Assembly: GCA_035538755.1 (NCBI GenBank)
Contig: DATLJR010000508.1
Coordinates: forward strand, 10,151-74,150
Direction: 5' to 3'
DNA length: 64,000 bases
Origin: Pseudolabrys sp.
GTDB taxonomy: Bacteria > Pseudomonadota > Alphaproteobacteria > Rhizobiales > Xanthobacteraceae
In this document: piece by piece, positions 22,395 to 32,702 of the stretch
Layout: each line of letters starts with the position of its first letter
Position numbering within the stretch: the first letter of the stretch is position 1
Made by a program: the position numbers and the translations under genes
The notes under the pieces: model-generated
Seen by the model: the letters and a program-made list of their open reading frames with translations, nothing else
What the model was told of the DNA's origin: nothing
The model's database searches: none

Positions 22395-23156
22395 TCAGGG
22401 CAGCACGATTTCCGTAAGGACGCCACGTACGTCCATTTCATAGTCGAGTACGTCGACTGGCGGACGACAAAACTGCCAGGTCAGTCCGGCGCTTGCGGCG
22501 CCGCGGCGGACGATCTCGTCGGCCATGATGTGATGGATGTCGTAGACTGTGTACAGATGCGTTGCGGTTGAATCGGTCCAGGTGACCCCGAGCGCTGCCA
22601 TCCGTCGCTCCATCTCACGCAAGACCCATTGCCCTTTCTCGCGGATCGCGTCTGGAGAGTGTTCGCGGATGCGAACCGCCTTTTCGCCATAGGTTTGCAG
22701 GCCTTCCGGCGCTTCGCCGCTGCCGGCAATGACGAAAGTCGGCGCGGCCGACGCAGTCATGGGCACGGTATAGGCGAATGCATAAAACCCCGGCTCCGAA
22801 GGCGGGTTCACAGCGGGACAGACATTGCTGCGGGCGATCGGATTTACGTCGTCCTTGACGATGCCCCACCGTCGCAACGGTTCGACGTAGCTTTTGTTGA
22901 ACGCAAGAAAGCCGGCATCATCGAAGGGACGCGGCGAACGCAGTTCGCACGCACAAAAGGCGAAAATCGGGCGGCCCAGGCCGGCGAGATGCGCCTCGAT
23001 CCTCTCGAAGCCTTTCTTGATCGGCAAAACCTTTGCGAAACGCGCGCGGACGATCTCAAACCCGGGTTCGGCGGCGACGCCGGCCGAATATTGGAACACG
23101 CCATTCACAAAGCGATATCCGCCCCGTGTGAATTTTGAAACTATGGCCCCAGCCAT
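22395..23156 (-). CDS. CnbZ-like (2-amino-5-chloromuconate deaminase family) protein
   Basis: FQYSAGVAA, ACELRSPRPF, NPIARSNVCP, FVIAGSGE, LDYEMDVRG. Confidence 0.7.
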   Translation of the reverse strand: MAGAIVSKFTRGGYRFVNGVFQYSAGVAAEPGFEIVRARFAKVLPIKKGFERIEAHLAGLGRPIFAFCACELRSPRPFDDAGFLAFNKSYVEPLRRWGIVKDDVNPIARSNVCPAVNPPSEPGFYAFAYTVPMTASAAPTFVIAGSGEAPEGLQTYGEKAVRIREHSPDAIREKGQWVLREMERRMAALGVTWTDSTATHLYTVYDIHHIMADEIVRRGAASAGLTWQFCRPPVDVLDYEMDVRGVLTEIVLP

Positions 23157-23180
23157 TCTGTCGGCACTCGAGAAATTCGA

Positions 23181-23432
23181 CTATTTGATTCCTAGCGCCA
23201 GCTTCTTGCGAAAACCGCGGTCACGCTTGAGATGCCACTCGCGACTCATTGCGTGGCGTTTGCTGGCGCACCGCTCGGAATAGAGCAAAACCCATGTGCG
23301 GCCGCGTGTCGAACGTGCGCCCTTGCCGGCATTGTGTTGCGTCAGGCGGCGCGCGACGTCATCGGTCCAGCCGACGTAAGTCAGATGGCGGTTATGTGTG
23401 ACGGTGCCGAGAACATAGACATAGCAGTCCAT
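23181..23432 (-). CDS. Small GIY-YIG nuclease family protein
   Basis: YVYVL…[34 protein letters not shown]. Confidence 0.88.
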   Translation of the reverse strand: MDCYVYVLGTVTHNRHLTYVGWTDDVARRLTQHNAGKGARSTRGRTWVLLYSERCASKRHAMSREWHLKRDRGFRKKLALGIK

Positions 23433-23459
23433 GTTTCGTCCATCTTGCTGCTGAGAGGA

Positions 23460-24992
23460 CTACCGGAAGCTGTTGAACGAACCAACCGGTACCACCGGCT
23501 GGGCGCCCGCCAGCATGCCGTTGTTGCTTGCTGGCGGTGTCGTGTACGCGGTTCGGATTTCCGATTGCGGTGGCGGCTCAGCTTTGGCGGCTTGCACCGG
23601 TGCCGGAGTCCGGACGGTTGGCGCCGGCGCGGCCTGCGCACTTTGCACAGGTGCCGGAGCTGTCGTGCGGGCCGGAGCTGCGCGCTTCGATTTTGTATCC
23701 GCGGCGGTGGCGCGCGCGGCAGGCTGTTCCTTATCCGGTGCCGTGGCGGTTGTTTCGGCTTTCGAGCCGCTGAACCAGCCACCGATCAAGCCGGCAATCG
23801 TGGTCGGCTTGCGTTCGGGGGCAGGGGTTTCCTCCGGCTTGGCCTGCGGTGCAGTCCGCGGCACCGGCACGCTTGCCGTGGTGGACGGTTCGCTGGTCTT
23901 CGCTGGAGCGGTGGTTTTGGCCGGAGTGTCTGCAGACGCGGCCGGCGGCGTGGTGTCGCGTGGCAGTGCGCCAGGTGCGTTCTCTACGCGCGGCAGCGCG
24001 CCAGGTGCAGCACTGGCCACCTGATAACGACCGTTGTTATCGAACCCGATCTGCGGCGAAAGCTTTGCGACGAACACGGGATTCATGCCGCCATCAATGC
24101 CGGCGCGTGACGGGGCGGTTGCAACACCGCTGGCGATATACTGCGCCATTTTGTACTGCTCTTGCCGCCGGACATCGAGCACCGCGTCGGCAACGTTTTT
24201 GTCGAGCTGATAAGCGGGGCAAGCGCCCTTTGGGTTGAACGAGAGCGGCCTGTTGGAATCATCGGGCGCCGCTGCGTCGAAAACGTACCGCCGATCGCAA
24301 ACCGCAACCTTCGGTTCGCGGTGCGTGGCGTTGAAATGGTCGTAGCCCTCTTTCAACATTTTCCAGAACGCGAAGTTCGGATTGTCGCGGTGCTTCGCCA
24401 TGTTCAGCGGCGTCATGCGGAACGGAAACGCCTGCAGCTGGAACGCCTTTTGCCCGCCGAAGAACGACTCGCGTGCCAACGCGTAAATTTCCTGGATCTG
24501 CTCATCGGTCATGGCGTAGCAGCCGCGCGATGAACAATCGCCGTGCACCATCAGTTCTGCGCCCGTGTAGCCCATTGCACGGTCATAGGCGTTCGGGAAA
24601 CCGGTGTTGAACGCCAGATAGTAGTTGGAGTTCGGATTCATCTGGCCGGGCGTGATCGTGTAGAACCCCTCTGGCGCCTGCCGGTCGCCTTCCTTTTTCT
24701 TGGGGCCGAGATCGCCGGACCAACGGCAAATCGGATAGGTCTTCAGCAGCACGAACTCGCCATCGCGATTCTGCTTCCAGATCTCCATCTCCGACTCTTC
24801 TTTGAAGATCCGACCGAGAATCGGGGACTCTTTGTCCATGTTTTTCGCCGCGATCTCGGCGACCATCTTTTCGGACAATGGGGCCTTTGCCCGGCCCGTG
24901 GGAGAAATGCTCTCAGCGTCACAGCCGGCCAGGGCAATCGCAGCTGCAATAGCCGCAGACGCCAGCAGCGCGCGAGCGAACGGTCGTTTCAA
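23460..24992 (-). CDS. Murein L,D-transpeptidase-family lipoprotein (YafK-like)
   Basis: Lipobox LAGC, GDRQAPEGFY, HGDCSSRGC; Pro/Ala/Thr-rich tail; TTG start with GGAG RBS chosen. Confidence 0.88.
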   Translation of the reverse strand: MKRPFARALLASAAIAAAIALAGCDAESISPTGRAKAPLSEKMVAEIAAKNMDKESPILGRIFKEESEMEIWKQNRDGEFVLLKTYPICRWSGDLGPKKKEGDRQAPEGFYTITPGQMNPNSNYYLAFNTGFPNAYDRAMGYTGAELMVHGDCSSRGCYAMTDEQIQEIYALARESFFGGQKAFQLQAFPFRMTPLNMAKHRDNPNFAFWKMLKEGYDHFNATHREPKVAVCDRRYVFDAAAPDDSNRPLSFNPKGACPAYQLDKNVADAVLDVRRQEQYKMAQYIASGVATAPSRAGIDGGMNPVFVAKLSPQIGFDNNGRYQVASAAPGALPRVENAPGALPRDTTPPAASADTPAKTTAPAKTSEPSTTASVPVPRTAPQAKPEETPAPERKPTTIAGLIGGWFSGSKAETTATAPDKEQPAARATAADTKSKRAAPARTTAPAPVQSAQAAPAPTVRTPAPVQAAKAEPPPQSEIRTAYTTPPASNNGMLAGAQPVVPVGSFNSFR

Positions 24993-25124
24993 ACCTGGTA
25001 CTCCCCGAAGCGGCGGGTCCCTCAGTACACAATGGTTACCCGTTAGATGTGGCATCCGCAAGGCGTTCCCCACTATCCCGGCTTACCGCTAACCCATGGT
25101 AGACAAAAGTAAATTGCCAAGCCG

Positions 25125-26081
25125 TTAACTGCCATTGCGCCCCATCGCGAGGAACTTTTCCCGGCGCTGCTTGCGAACGGCCTCGCGATCCAGTCCCCGC
25201 AGGTCAGATAGGGCATTGGCAATGGCTTCCCCGGTCAACCCTATAGCCGCCTGGTGGTCACGGTGGGCCCCCCCGGTTGGCTCCGGCACGACCCTATCGA
25301 TCACGCCAAAGCGGACCATATCCTGGGCAGTAATCTTCATGCTGGTCGCCGCCTCCTGCGCTTTGGCTGTGTCACGCCACAGGATGGATGCCGCCCCTTC
25401 GGGTGAGATGACGCTGTAGATGGCGTGCTCCAGCATCAGGACCCGGTTGGCCGTGGCAATGGCGATTGCACCACCGGAGCCACCTTCGCCCAGGATGACT
25501 GCAACGTTCGGGACACCGAGGGAAAGGCAGGTTTCGGTCGAGCGCGCAATCGCTTCGGCCTGGCCGCGCTCTTCCGCGCCGATGCCGGGATAGGCGCCGG
25601 CGGTGTCCACCAACGAAATCACCGGGATGCCAAAGCGGTCTGCCATTTCCATCAACCGGACAGCCTTCCGATAACCCTCCGGACGTGCCATTCCGAAATT
25701 ATGTTTGAGGCGGCTCTCTGTGTCCGAACCCTTTTCATGGCCGATGACGCAGACGCTTTCACCGCGGAAACGACCGAACCCACCGACAATCGCTGCGTCG
25801 TCGCCGAACTTGCGGTCACCGGCGAGCGGAATGAAATTCTCGATCAGCCCGGCGATGTAGTCGAGACAATGTGGTCGTTGTGGATGTCGAGCGACCTGGG
25901 TTTTTTGCCAAGGCGTAAGTTCGGCATAGAGCTCTTTGAGCGCAGCCGCTGCTTTCGATTCCAGCCGACCGATCTCTTCGCCGATAGCGACCGCATCGCC
26001 CGTCTCGCCCATAGCGCGCAATTCTTCGACTTTGGCCTCGAGCTCGGCCACGGGCTTTTCGAAGTCGAGGTAACTGCGCAT
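25125..26081 (-). CDS. accA: Acetyl-CoA carboxylase carboxyltransferase alpha
   Basis: [36 protein letters not shown]. Confidence 0.97.
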   Translation of the reverse strand: MRSYLDFEKPVAELEAKVEELRAMGETGDAVAIGEEIGRLESKAAAALKELYAELTPWQKTQVARHPQRPHCLDYIAGLIENFIPLAGDRKFGDDAAIVGGFGRFRGESVCVIGHEKGSDTESRLKHNFGMARPEGYRKAVRLMEMADRFGIPVISLVDTAGAYPGIGAEERGQAEAIARSTETCLSLGVPNVAVILGEGGSGGAIAIATANRVLMLEHAIYSVISPEGAASILWRDTAKAQEAATSMKITAQDMVRFGVIDRVVPEPTGGAHRDHQAAIGLTGEAIANALSDLRGLDREAVRKQRREKFLAMGRNGS

Positions 26082-26162
26082 TGGGTCCGTGCAAAAGGTG
26101 CTTTTTCTAAGCGAAATGACGCGGGCAAAGCCCTTTAGTCAAGCAAACGGGTAATTTGGCTT

Positions 26163-27131
26163 TTACCTATGTTTTTGGCCAGTCGCGGCCAACGGGTGCA
26201 GGTCGCGCACCAGTGACTTCAGCCGTTCTTCCAGCACGTGCGTGTAGATTTGTGTCGTCGAAATATCCGAGTGCCCAAGCAGCGTCTGCACCACCCGCAG
26301 ATCGGCGCCATTGTGCAGAAGATGACTGGCGAATGCGTGCCGCAGTACATGCGGGCTCAGGCGATCGGCTCGAATGCCGCATGCTTGCCCAAGTGCCTTG
26401 AGCTCGCGCGCAAAGTGCTGCCGGGTGAGGTGGCCCTGGGCGCCGAAGGACGGAAACAGCCATTTCGATTTGGCGTCGCACTCGGTTGCCGCGCGTAGTT
26501 CCAAATAGTCGGACATCGCGCGTTTGGCCTTCGCGTTGAGAGGCACGAGCCGTTCCTTACCTCCCTTGCCGCGCACAACCAGCATGCGCTGGTCGCGTCG
26601 CGCCGCGGATGTCGGCAGTGTCACGAGTTCCGAAACTCGCAAGCCGGTGGCGTAGACGACTTCCAAAAGACAAAGAAGACGCGTGGCCCGCACGCGTTGC
26701 GCAAGCGGCTGCTTGGCGTTCTCGCTGTTTACCTGCGCCTTTTTCAGAAGTGTTTCGACATCGGCGATCGAAAGCACTTTGGGCAATGGTCGTCCGCGTT
26801 TCGGCCCCTCGAGTACCGCGGCGGGGTCGTCGCTGCGTCGTCCTTCCGCATACAAGAATCGGTAGAACTGCCGAACCGCCGACAGGCGACGCGCAAGCGA
26901 TGACGCCTTGAAGTCACGCTTCGACAGACTGGCGATAAAGTCGCGCAGATCGTTGGTCGTCGCGCCGGCCAGCGTGTGACTCGATGCGTGCATATGCGCC
27001 GAGAGATCTTCCAGGTCGTTGCGATAGGCGGCAAGTGTGTTTACGCCGGCGCCGCGTTCGGCTGCAAGCATGTCGAGAAACAATTCGACCAGCGCGTCGT
27101 CGGATGATCGTTGCCGGCGGGTCATCGCCAC
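26163..27131 (-). CDS. xerD: Site-specific tyrosine recombinase XerD
   Basis: YATGLRVSEL, GKGGKER, SPHVLRHAFASHLL, LLGHSDISTTQIYTHV; conserved accA-xerD-aroK context. Confidence 0.92.
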   Translation of the reverse strand: MAMTRRQRSSDDALVELFLDMLAAERGAGVNTLAAYRNDLEDLSAHMHASSHTLAGATTNDLRDFIASLSKRDFKASSLARRLSAVRQFYRFLYAEGRRSDDPAAVLEGPKRGRPLPKVLSIADVETLLKKAQVNSENAKQPLAQRVRATRLLCLLEVVYATGLRVSELVTLPTSAARRDQRMLVVRGKGGKERLVPLNAKAKRAMSDYLELRAATECDAKSKWLFPSFGAQGHLTRQHFARELKALGQACGIRADRLSPHVLRHAFASHLLHNGADLRVVQTLLGHSDISTTQIYTHVLEERLKSLVRDLHPLAATGQKHR

Positions 27132-27145
27132 GCTTGCGTCCGGCG

Positions 27146-27295
27146 TCAGTGGTTCTTGAGAAACTTGTCGGGCGGAATTGTCACTATGATCTCGCGCGGC
27201 TGATATTTGACAAAGTTGGCAAGCGAAAACACCGCGCCGTAACCGAGCCCGACAAGCAAGCCAAGGAAAATCAGAAATCTAAACAGACTCGGCAT
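27146..27295 (-). CDS. Small membrane protein (49 aa), below ORF-track cutoff
   Basis: MPSLFRFLIFLGLLVGLGYGAVFSLANFVKYQPREIIVTIPPDKFLKNH; directly upstream of xerD. Confidence 0.75.
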   Translation of the reverse strand: MPSLFRFLIFLGLLVGLGYGAVFSLANFVKYQPREIIVTIPPDKFLKNH

Positions 27296-27440
27296 GACTA
27301 AACCCGGCAAGTGTCCGTGCACCAGCGCCTAGCGATTTTAGGCGAGTTACGACCACGTTCCGGAACCGCTGGCAACACTACCCTCGCGGTTGGCGTGATT
27401 GCTGGTATATGGAACCGTGGATTCGTCCTGGAACTATAGC

Positions 27441-28025
27441 ATGGTTAACGGCGCCGTCCAAAAACCGGCGGAAAATGGTCCGGAATCTGCGGTCGTCCGT
27501 GCACTCGGCAACCGCTCGATTGTGCTTGTCGGTATGATGGGCGCCGGCAAGTCGTCGATCGGCCGGCGACTCGCTGCCCGACTCGGTATTCCATTTATCG
27601 ATGCCGATGCCGAAATTGAGAGCGCGGCCGGGATGACTATTCCAGAAATTTTCGACAAGCACGGCGAACCGTATTTTCGCGCGGGCGAAGCGCGTGTGAT
27701 CGCAAGATTGCTCGACGGCGGTCCGCAGGTATTGGCAACTGGCGGCGGTTCCCTAATGGACGCGCAGACACGCGCACTGATCGGGGTAAAAGGCGTCTCG
27801 ATATGGCTGAAGGCGGATATCGATGTCCTGCTCAAGCGAACCAAACGCCGCAACGACCGCCCGTTGGCGGAGAAAATCAAAGACCTGTTGCCGATACGCG
27901 AGCCTCTTTATGCTCAGGCGGACATCGTTGTTCAATCGCGCGATGAACCACACGACAACATAGTCGATGAAATCATGATCCAGTTGCCGAGACGTCTTGG
28001 TGTTGGCGGGAAGAAGCCATCGTGA
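27441..28025 (+). CDS. aroK: Shikimate kinase
   Basis: GMMGAGKSS P-loop, DADAEIE, ATGGG. Confidence 0.95.
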   Translation: MVNGAVQKPAENGPESAVVRALGNRSIVLVGMMGAGKSSIGRRLAARLGIPFIDADAEIESAAGMTIPEIFDKHGEPYFRAGEARVIARLLDGGPQVLATGGGSLMDAQTRALIGVKGVSIWLKADIDVLLKRTKRRNDRPLAEKIKDLLPIREPLYAQADIVVQSRDEPHDNIVDEIMIQLPRRLGVGGKKPS

Positions 28026-29155
28026 CCGCACCGCTACGTCAAACAGAACCAGACGTCGTGAAAGTCGCGCTCGAGGCGCGCGGCTATGACATTTTAATTG
28101 GTCGTGGGCTGCTCGCGGACCTGGGGCAGCGCATCAAGGCATTGCGACCGGGTGCGCGATGCGCAATCGTCACCGACGAGACGGTTGGGAAGATTCATCT
28201 CGCTGCCGCCGAGACGGCGCTCAAGTCGTGCGGAATTGACAGCGCACGCATCATTGTGCCGGCCGGCGAGAACTCAAAAAACTACGCGACGTTCGAAAAG
28301 GTCTGCGAGGCAATCATTGCCGCTCGGCTCGAACGCAATGACCTTGTCGTGGCGCTTGGCGGAGGTGTTGTTGGCGATCTTGCGGGCTTCGCTGCGTCTT
28401 GCGTGCGTCGCGGCCTCGACTTTGTGCAAGTGCCGACGACGCTTCTTGCGCAGGTCGATTCCTCGGTCGGCGGCAAGACCGGAATCAATTCGCGTCAGGG
28501 AAAGAATCTGATTGGCGCGTTTCATCAACCGGTCATGGTGATTGCCGACACCGGCTTGCTCGATACATTGTCGAAGCGGGAATTTCGCGCAGGCTATGCC
28601 GAGGTTGCCAAATTCGGGTTGCTTGCCGACGGTGCCTTCTTTGCCTGGCTCGAGAAGAATTGCGAGGACGTGTTTGCGGGCGGTCCGGCGCGCGAGCACG
28701 CGATTGCAGTCTGTTGTCGTGGAAAGGCCGGCATCGTTGCGCGCGATGAGCGTGAAACAGGCGAGCGCGCGCTGCTCAACCTCGGCCATACATTCGGTCA
28801 CGCGCTGGAAGCCGGCTGCGGTTATTCCGACCGGCTGCTGCACGGGGAAGCAGTGGCGTTGGGCATCGTGCTGGCATTCGAATTTTCCGCGCGCAAAGGC
28901 CTGATTGCGGCTTCCGACGTCAGGCGCGTCATTACGCATCTTGCAGCGGCTGGTCTGCCCACACAAATAAGGGATGTGCCCGGCGGTGTTCCGGGCGTTG
29001 ACGTCTTGATGGATCTTATCAGCCAGGACAAGAAAGTAAGACGCGGAACGATCACCTTCATATTGGTGCGCGTTATCGGCGAGGCGTTCATCGAAAATAA
29101 AGTCGATCCCGCCGAGGTCCGGGCCTTTCTCACCGAAAAACTTGCAAATGCATGA
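28022..29155 (+). CDS. aroB: 3-dehydroquinate synthase
   Basis: GGGVVGDLAGF, PTTLLAQVDSSVGGKTGIN, LNLGHTFGHALE. Confidence 0.97.
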   Translation: MTAPLRQTEPDVVKVALEARGYDILIGRGLLADLGQRIKALRPGARCAIVTDETVGKIHLAAAETALKSCGIDSARIIVPAGENSKNYATFEKVCEAIIAARLERNDLVVALGGGVVGDLAGFAASCVRRGLDFVQVPTTLLAQVDSSVGGKTGINSRQGKNLIGAFHQPVMVIADTGLLDTLSKREFRAGYAEVAKFGLLADGAFFAWLEKNCEDVFAGGPAREHAIAVCCRGKAGIVARDERETGERALLNLGHTFGHALEAGCGYSDRLLHGEAVALGIVLAFEFSARKGLIAASDVRRVITHLAAAGLPTQIRDVPGGVPGVDVLMDLISQDKKVRRGTITFILVRVIGEAFIENKVDPAEVRAFLTEKLANA

Positions 29156-29195
29156 TCCCGAGATGGGACCGGATGCCGGGTAAGATCATGCGCAA
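29149..29195. repeat. Degenerate short palindromic repeat (GCATGATC…GATCATGC type)
   Basis: gcatgatcccg…ccgggtaagatcatgc inverted ends between aroB and the CorC gene. Confidence 0.5.
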
Positions 29196-29207
29196 GAAAA
29201 TACTCCG

Positions 29208-30494
29208 ATGACTGGTTCCGATTGGCTGTCACTCGTTGTCGTCCTGCTCTGCCTGCTGATTTCAGCATTCTTTGCCGGCAGCGAAACGGGATTGACCGCG
29301 TCATCGCGCGCGAGGATGACACGGCTTGAGAAGCAGGGGAACCGGCGCGCGGCCATCGTCAATCGGTTGCTGTCGCAACGCGAGCGACTGATCGGCGGGC
29401 TGATGCTCGGAAACAACCTGGTCAATATCGCTGCATCGGCACTCGCGACCGGAGTGTTGCTGGCATGGTTTGGGACGGCGGGCGTGGCCTACGCCACGTT
29501 GATCATGACCGTTGTGGTCGTGGTGTTCTCCGAGATCCTGCCGAAGACGGCCGCGTTTAACGCGCCGGATCGCACGGCACTCATGGTGGCGAGGCCGATG
29601 TCATTCGTCATCAAGGTGCTCGGGCCGGCCTTGATGGCGATCGAAGCGTTGGTGCGGTGGCTGCTTAAGCTCATTGGTATGAACGTCGGCAAGGACCAGG
29701 CGGTCCTTTCGGCGCACGAAGAATTGCGCGGCGCGGTCGATCTGCTCCATCGAGAAGGCGGTGTCGAAGCGTCTGACCGCGATATGTTCGGCGGTGTGCT
29801 GGATCTGCGTGAACTCGCCTTGTCCGATGTGATGATCCACCGCACCAACATGATCACGCTCAATGCCGACGACTCGCCGGAAGGTGTGGTCAATGCGGTC
29901 ATCGCCTCGCCGGTTACTCGAATTCCGCTGTGGCGCGAAAATCCGGAAAATATTGTCGGCATCCTGCATGTGAAGGATCTGTTGCGGGCATTGCACGCGG
30001 TCGACGGTGATACCACCAAAGTCGATATTGCCTCGCTGATGACGCCACCCTGGTTTGTGCCGGACACGCGGTCGGTCTCCGAACAGCTGAAAGCGTTCCG
30101 CCGTCGCAAAACTCCCTTCGCTCTTGTCGTGGACGAGTATGGCGAAGTCGAAGGTTTGGTGACGCTGGAGGATATTCTGGAGGAGATCGTCGGTGACATC
30201 ACCGACGAGCATGATGTCGCGATGCCGGGTGTCCGGCGTCAGCCCGATGGATCAGTCAACGTCGATGGCGCCGTACCGATCCGGGATCTCAATCGCGTCA
30301 TGGACTGGAATTTGCCCGACGAGGAGGCGACGACGATCGCAGGACTTGTGATCCACGAGGCACGTTCGATTCCCGAAGTGGGCCAGAGCTTCACGTTCCA
30401 TGGATTTCGGTTCAGGGTGCTGCGTCGTGCACGCAATCGCATCACGGCATTGCGCATACAACCCCTACCGCGTGCGCAGACAATCAAGGCGTAA
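29208..30494 (+). CDS. HlyC/CorC family transporter (CNNM-CBS-CorC)
   Basis: SAFFAGSET, GNNLVNI, SEILPK, VVDEYG…LEDILEEIVG. Confidence 0.93.
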   Translation: MTGSDWLSLVVVLLCLLISAFFAGSETGLTASSRARMTRLEKQGNRRAAIVNRLLSQRERLIGGLMLGNNLVNIAASALATGVLLAWFGTAGVAYATLIMTVVVVVFSEILPKTAAFNAPDRTALMVARPMSFVIKVLGPALMAIEALVRWLLKLIGMNVGKDQAVLSAHEELRGAVDLLHREGGVEASDRDMFGGVLDLRELALSDVMIHRTNMITLNADDSPEGVVNAVIASPVTRIPLWRENPENIVGILHVKDLLRALHAVDGDTTKVDIASLMTPPWFVPDTRSVSEQLKAFRRRKTPFALVVDEYGEVEGLVTLEDILEEIVGDITDEHDVAMPGVRRQPDGSVNVDGAVPIRDLNRVMDWNLPDEEATTIAGLVIHEARSIPEVGQSFTFHGFRFRVLRRARNRITALRIQPLPRAQTIKA

Positions 30495-30497
30495 GTT

Positions 30498-30773
30498 CTA
30501 GGCTCCGCCTTCTCCCGGCGCGGTTGCATGGATCGCGAGTGCATGAACGCCGCCCGCGAGTTCGGTTGCGAGCAATTGATTTATCATGCGGTGGCGTTCC
30601 AGCCGGGTCTTTCCTTTGAAGGCATCAGACACAATATAAACGCGGAAATGTGTCTGTCCGCCCGGCCGATGCCCGGCATGGCCCTCATGCTGGTGCGATT
30701 CATCAAGCACCTTGAGGCTTTGCGGCGTGAAAGCCGCGGTCAACTTTTTTGCGATCAGATCGACGGTTCGCAT
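30498..30773 (-). CDS. bolA: BolA family protein
   Basis: DESHQHEGH, THFRVYIVS, RHRMIN, GVHALAI. Confidence 0.93.
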   Translation of the reverse strand: MRTVDLIAKKLTAAFTPQSLKVLDESHQHEGHAGHRPGGQTHFRVYIVSDAFKGKTRLERHRMINQLLATELAGGVHALAIHATAPGEGGA

Positions 30774-30875
30774 GCTGACCCCGCTTAGGGTAAGAGAAGC
30801 CCGCCGGTCAATGGTTCGCTGGTGTTGCGAAGAAGTCTTGAAGGCGTCACCGGCAAAAGCGCATAATGTTCGGTC

Positions 30876-31475
30876 ATGAAATTCGACTCACCCCTATTTG
30901 ACCGTATTCGCGTCAAACCGGAAAAGGATCGCCGCCCGAAAACCGGCGGTCCCAACTGCGAATGGCACGGGTGCAAGGAAAAGGCGACGCATCGTGCACC
31001 CAAAGGGCGCGGACGCGAGAAGGACTATTGGCGTTTTTGCCTCGATCACGTGCGCGAATACAACCATTCCTACAATTTTTTCGCCGGAATGAGCGACGCG
31101 GCGGTGATGGCCTACCAGAAGGATGCCCTTACGGGACATCGTCCGACCTGGAAGATGGGAACCGGCAAGGGAACAGTTCGACCGGATGTGCGTGCATTTG
31201 GCAGCCACGCTGATCCGTTCGGATTGTTTGGCGAGGGTTTGCGTGCGGAGCAGAAGGCGCAAGCCGAAACTCGACCGATCCGCAACGCCGAGCGGAAAGC
31301 CCTAGATACGCTCGGGCTAGAGGTCGGAGCCACATCGCAGCAGGTGAAAATGCGGTTCAAGGAGCTGGTGAAACGTCATCATCCGGACGCGAATGGCGGC
31401 GACCGCTCAAGCGAGGACCGGCTGGTGGAAATTATCCAGTCCTACAATTACCTCAAATCGGTCGGGTTCGGCTGA
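30876..31475 (+). CDS. DnaJ-domain protein
   Basis: C-terminal J domain with HPD (RHHPDANGG); [10 protein letters not shown]. Confidence 0.9.
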   Translation: MKFDSPLFDRIRVKPEKDRRPKTGGPNCEWHGCKEKATHRAPKGRGREKDYWRFCLDHVREYNHSYNFFAGMSDAAVMAYQKDALTGHRPTWKMGTGKGTVRPDVRAFGSHADPFGLFGEGLRAEQKAQAETRPIRNAERKALDTLGLEVGATSQQVKMRFKELVKRHHPDANGGDRSSEDRLVEIIQSYNYLKSVGFG

Positions 31476-31678
31476 CTTCGGATTTCGGTGACCAAACAAC
31501 CCAGCCCCGCCTTTCGCACAGGGCTGATCGTGCCTATCTCATTGAAATAATTGATGGTGCCATGGGCCACAGCGGGTTTTTTGCCGTGATTGGCTCTGCT
31601 AAGTTGCGCCCGCCATCAGCCGGACCGTATGAGTCGGACCGCAAAGGGGTTTCGGTATTCCGAAGCCACGGAGGATCA

Positions 31679-32665
31679 ATGACCGCTGCAGTGCAAGAAG
31701 TGGCCGGGACCCCTGACATGAAAGTGTCGGTCCGGCAGGTTTTTGGAATCGACAGTGACCTTGAAGTGCCGGCTTACTCGCAGGCTGATGAGCATGTTCC
31801 GGATGTCGACCCCGACTACCGCTTCGACCGCCCAACGACGCTTGCCATACTCGCGGGCTTCGCCAAAAACCGTCGCGTCATCGTCACCGGCTACCATGGT
31901 ACCGGCAAGTCCACGCACATCGAGCAAGTCGCTGCGCGGCTCAACTGGCCGTGCGTCCGCGTCAACCTCGACAGCCACATCAGCCGGATCGATCTGATCG
32001 GCAAAGACGCCATCGTCATCAAGGACGGTCAGCAGGTCACCGAATTCCGCGAAGGCATTCTGCCGTGGGCGCTGCAAAACAATGTTGCGCTCTGTTTCGA
32101 CGAATACGATGCCGGTCGCCCGGACGTCATGTTCGTCATTCAACGCGTTCTGGAAGCATCGGGACGGCTTACGCTGCTCGACCAAAGTAAAGTGATCAAG
32201 CCGCATCCTTCATTTCGTCTGTTCGCAACGGCCAATACCGTCGGACTCGGAGATACCTCGGGCCTCTACCACGGGACCCAGCAAATCAATCAGGGCCAGA
32301 TGGACCGCTGGTCGATCGTCACCACGCTGAACTATCTGCCGCACGACAACGAAGTGGAGATCGTGCTGGCCAAAGCGAAGCACTATCGCAACGAGCAGGG
32401 GCGCGACATCGTCAATAAGATGGTCCGCGTGGCCGATCTCACCCGTAATGCTTTCATGAACGGCGACATCTCCACCGTGATGAGCCCGCGCACCGTCATT
32501 ACCTGGGCTGAGAACTCCGAGATCTTCAACGATATCGGGTTCGCCTTCCGGCTCACCTTCCTCAACAAGTGCGACGAGCTCGAGCGTCCGATTGTCGCTG
32601 AATTCTATCAGCGCTGTTTCGGGGTTGAATTGCCGGAATCCTCGGTCAACGTAGCACTGTCATGA
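31679..32665 (+). CDS. cobS: Cobaltochelatase subunit CobS (AAA+)
   Basis: [20 protein letters not shown]; precedes cobT. Confidence 0.95.
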   Translation: MTAAVQEVAGTPDMKVSVRQVFGIDSDLEVPAYSQADEHVPDVDPDYRFDRPTTLAILAGFAKNRRVIVTGYHGTGKSTHIEQVAARLNWPCVRVNLDSHISRIDLIGKDAIVIKDGQQVTEFREGILPWALQNNVALCFDEYDAGRPDVMFVIQRVLEASGRLTLLDQSKVIKPHPSFRLFATANTVGLGDTSGLYHGTQQINQGQMDRWSIVTTLNYLPHDNEVEIVLAKAKHYRNEQGRDIVNKMVRVADLTRNAFMNGDISTVMSPRTVITWAENSEIFNDIGFAFRLTFLNKCDELERPIVAEFYQRCFGVELPESSVNVALS

Positions 32666-32702
32666 CTTTTACCTCTCTCGCTCGCGAGCAGAGGGGGGAT
32701 GC

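Noticed and set aside
23181-23432. GIY-YIG gene as homing endonuclease or mobile element
   Set aside because: 83-aa stand-alone domain with no intron, DNA-binding extension or flanking repeats.
26163-27131. Tyrosine recombinase as the island or integron integrase
   Set aside because: Housekeeping XerD in its usual accA-aroK context, 20 kb from the island.
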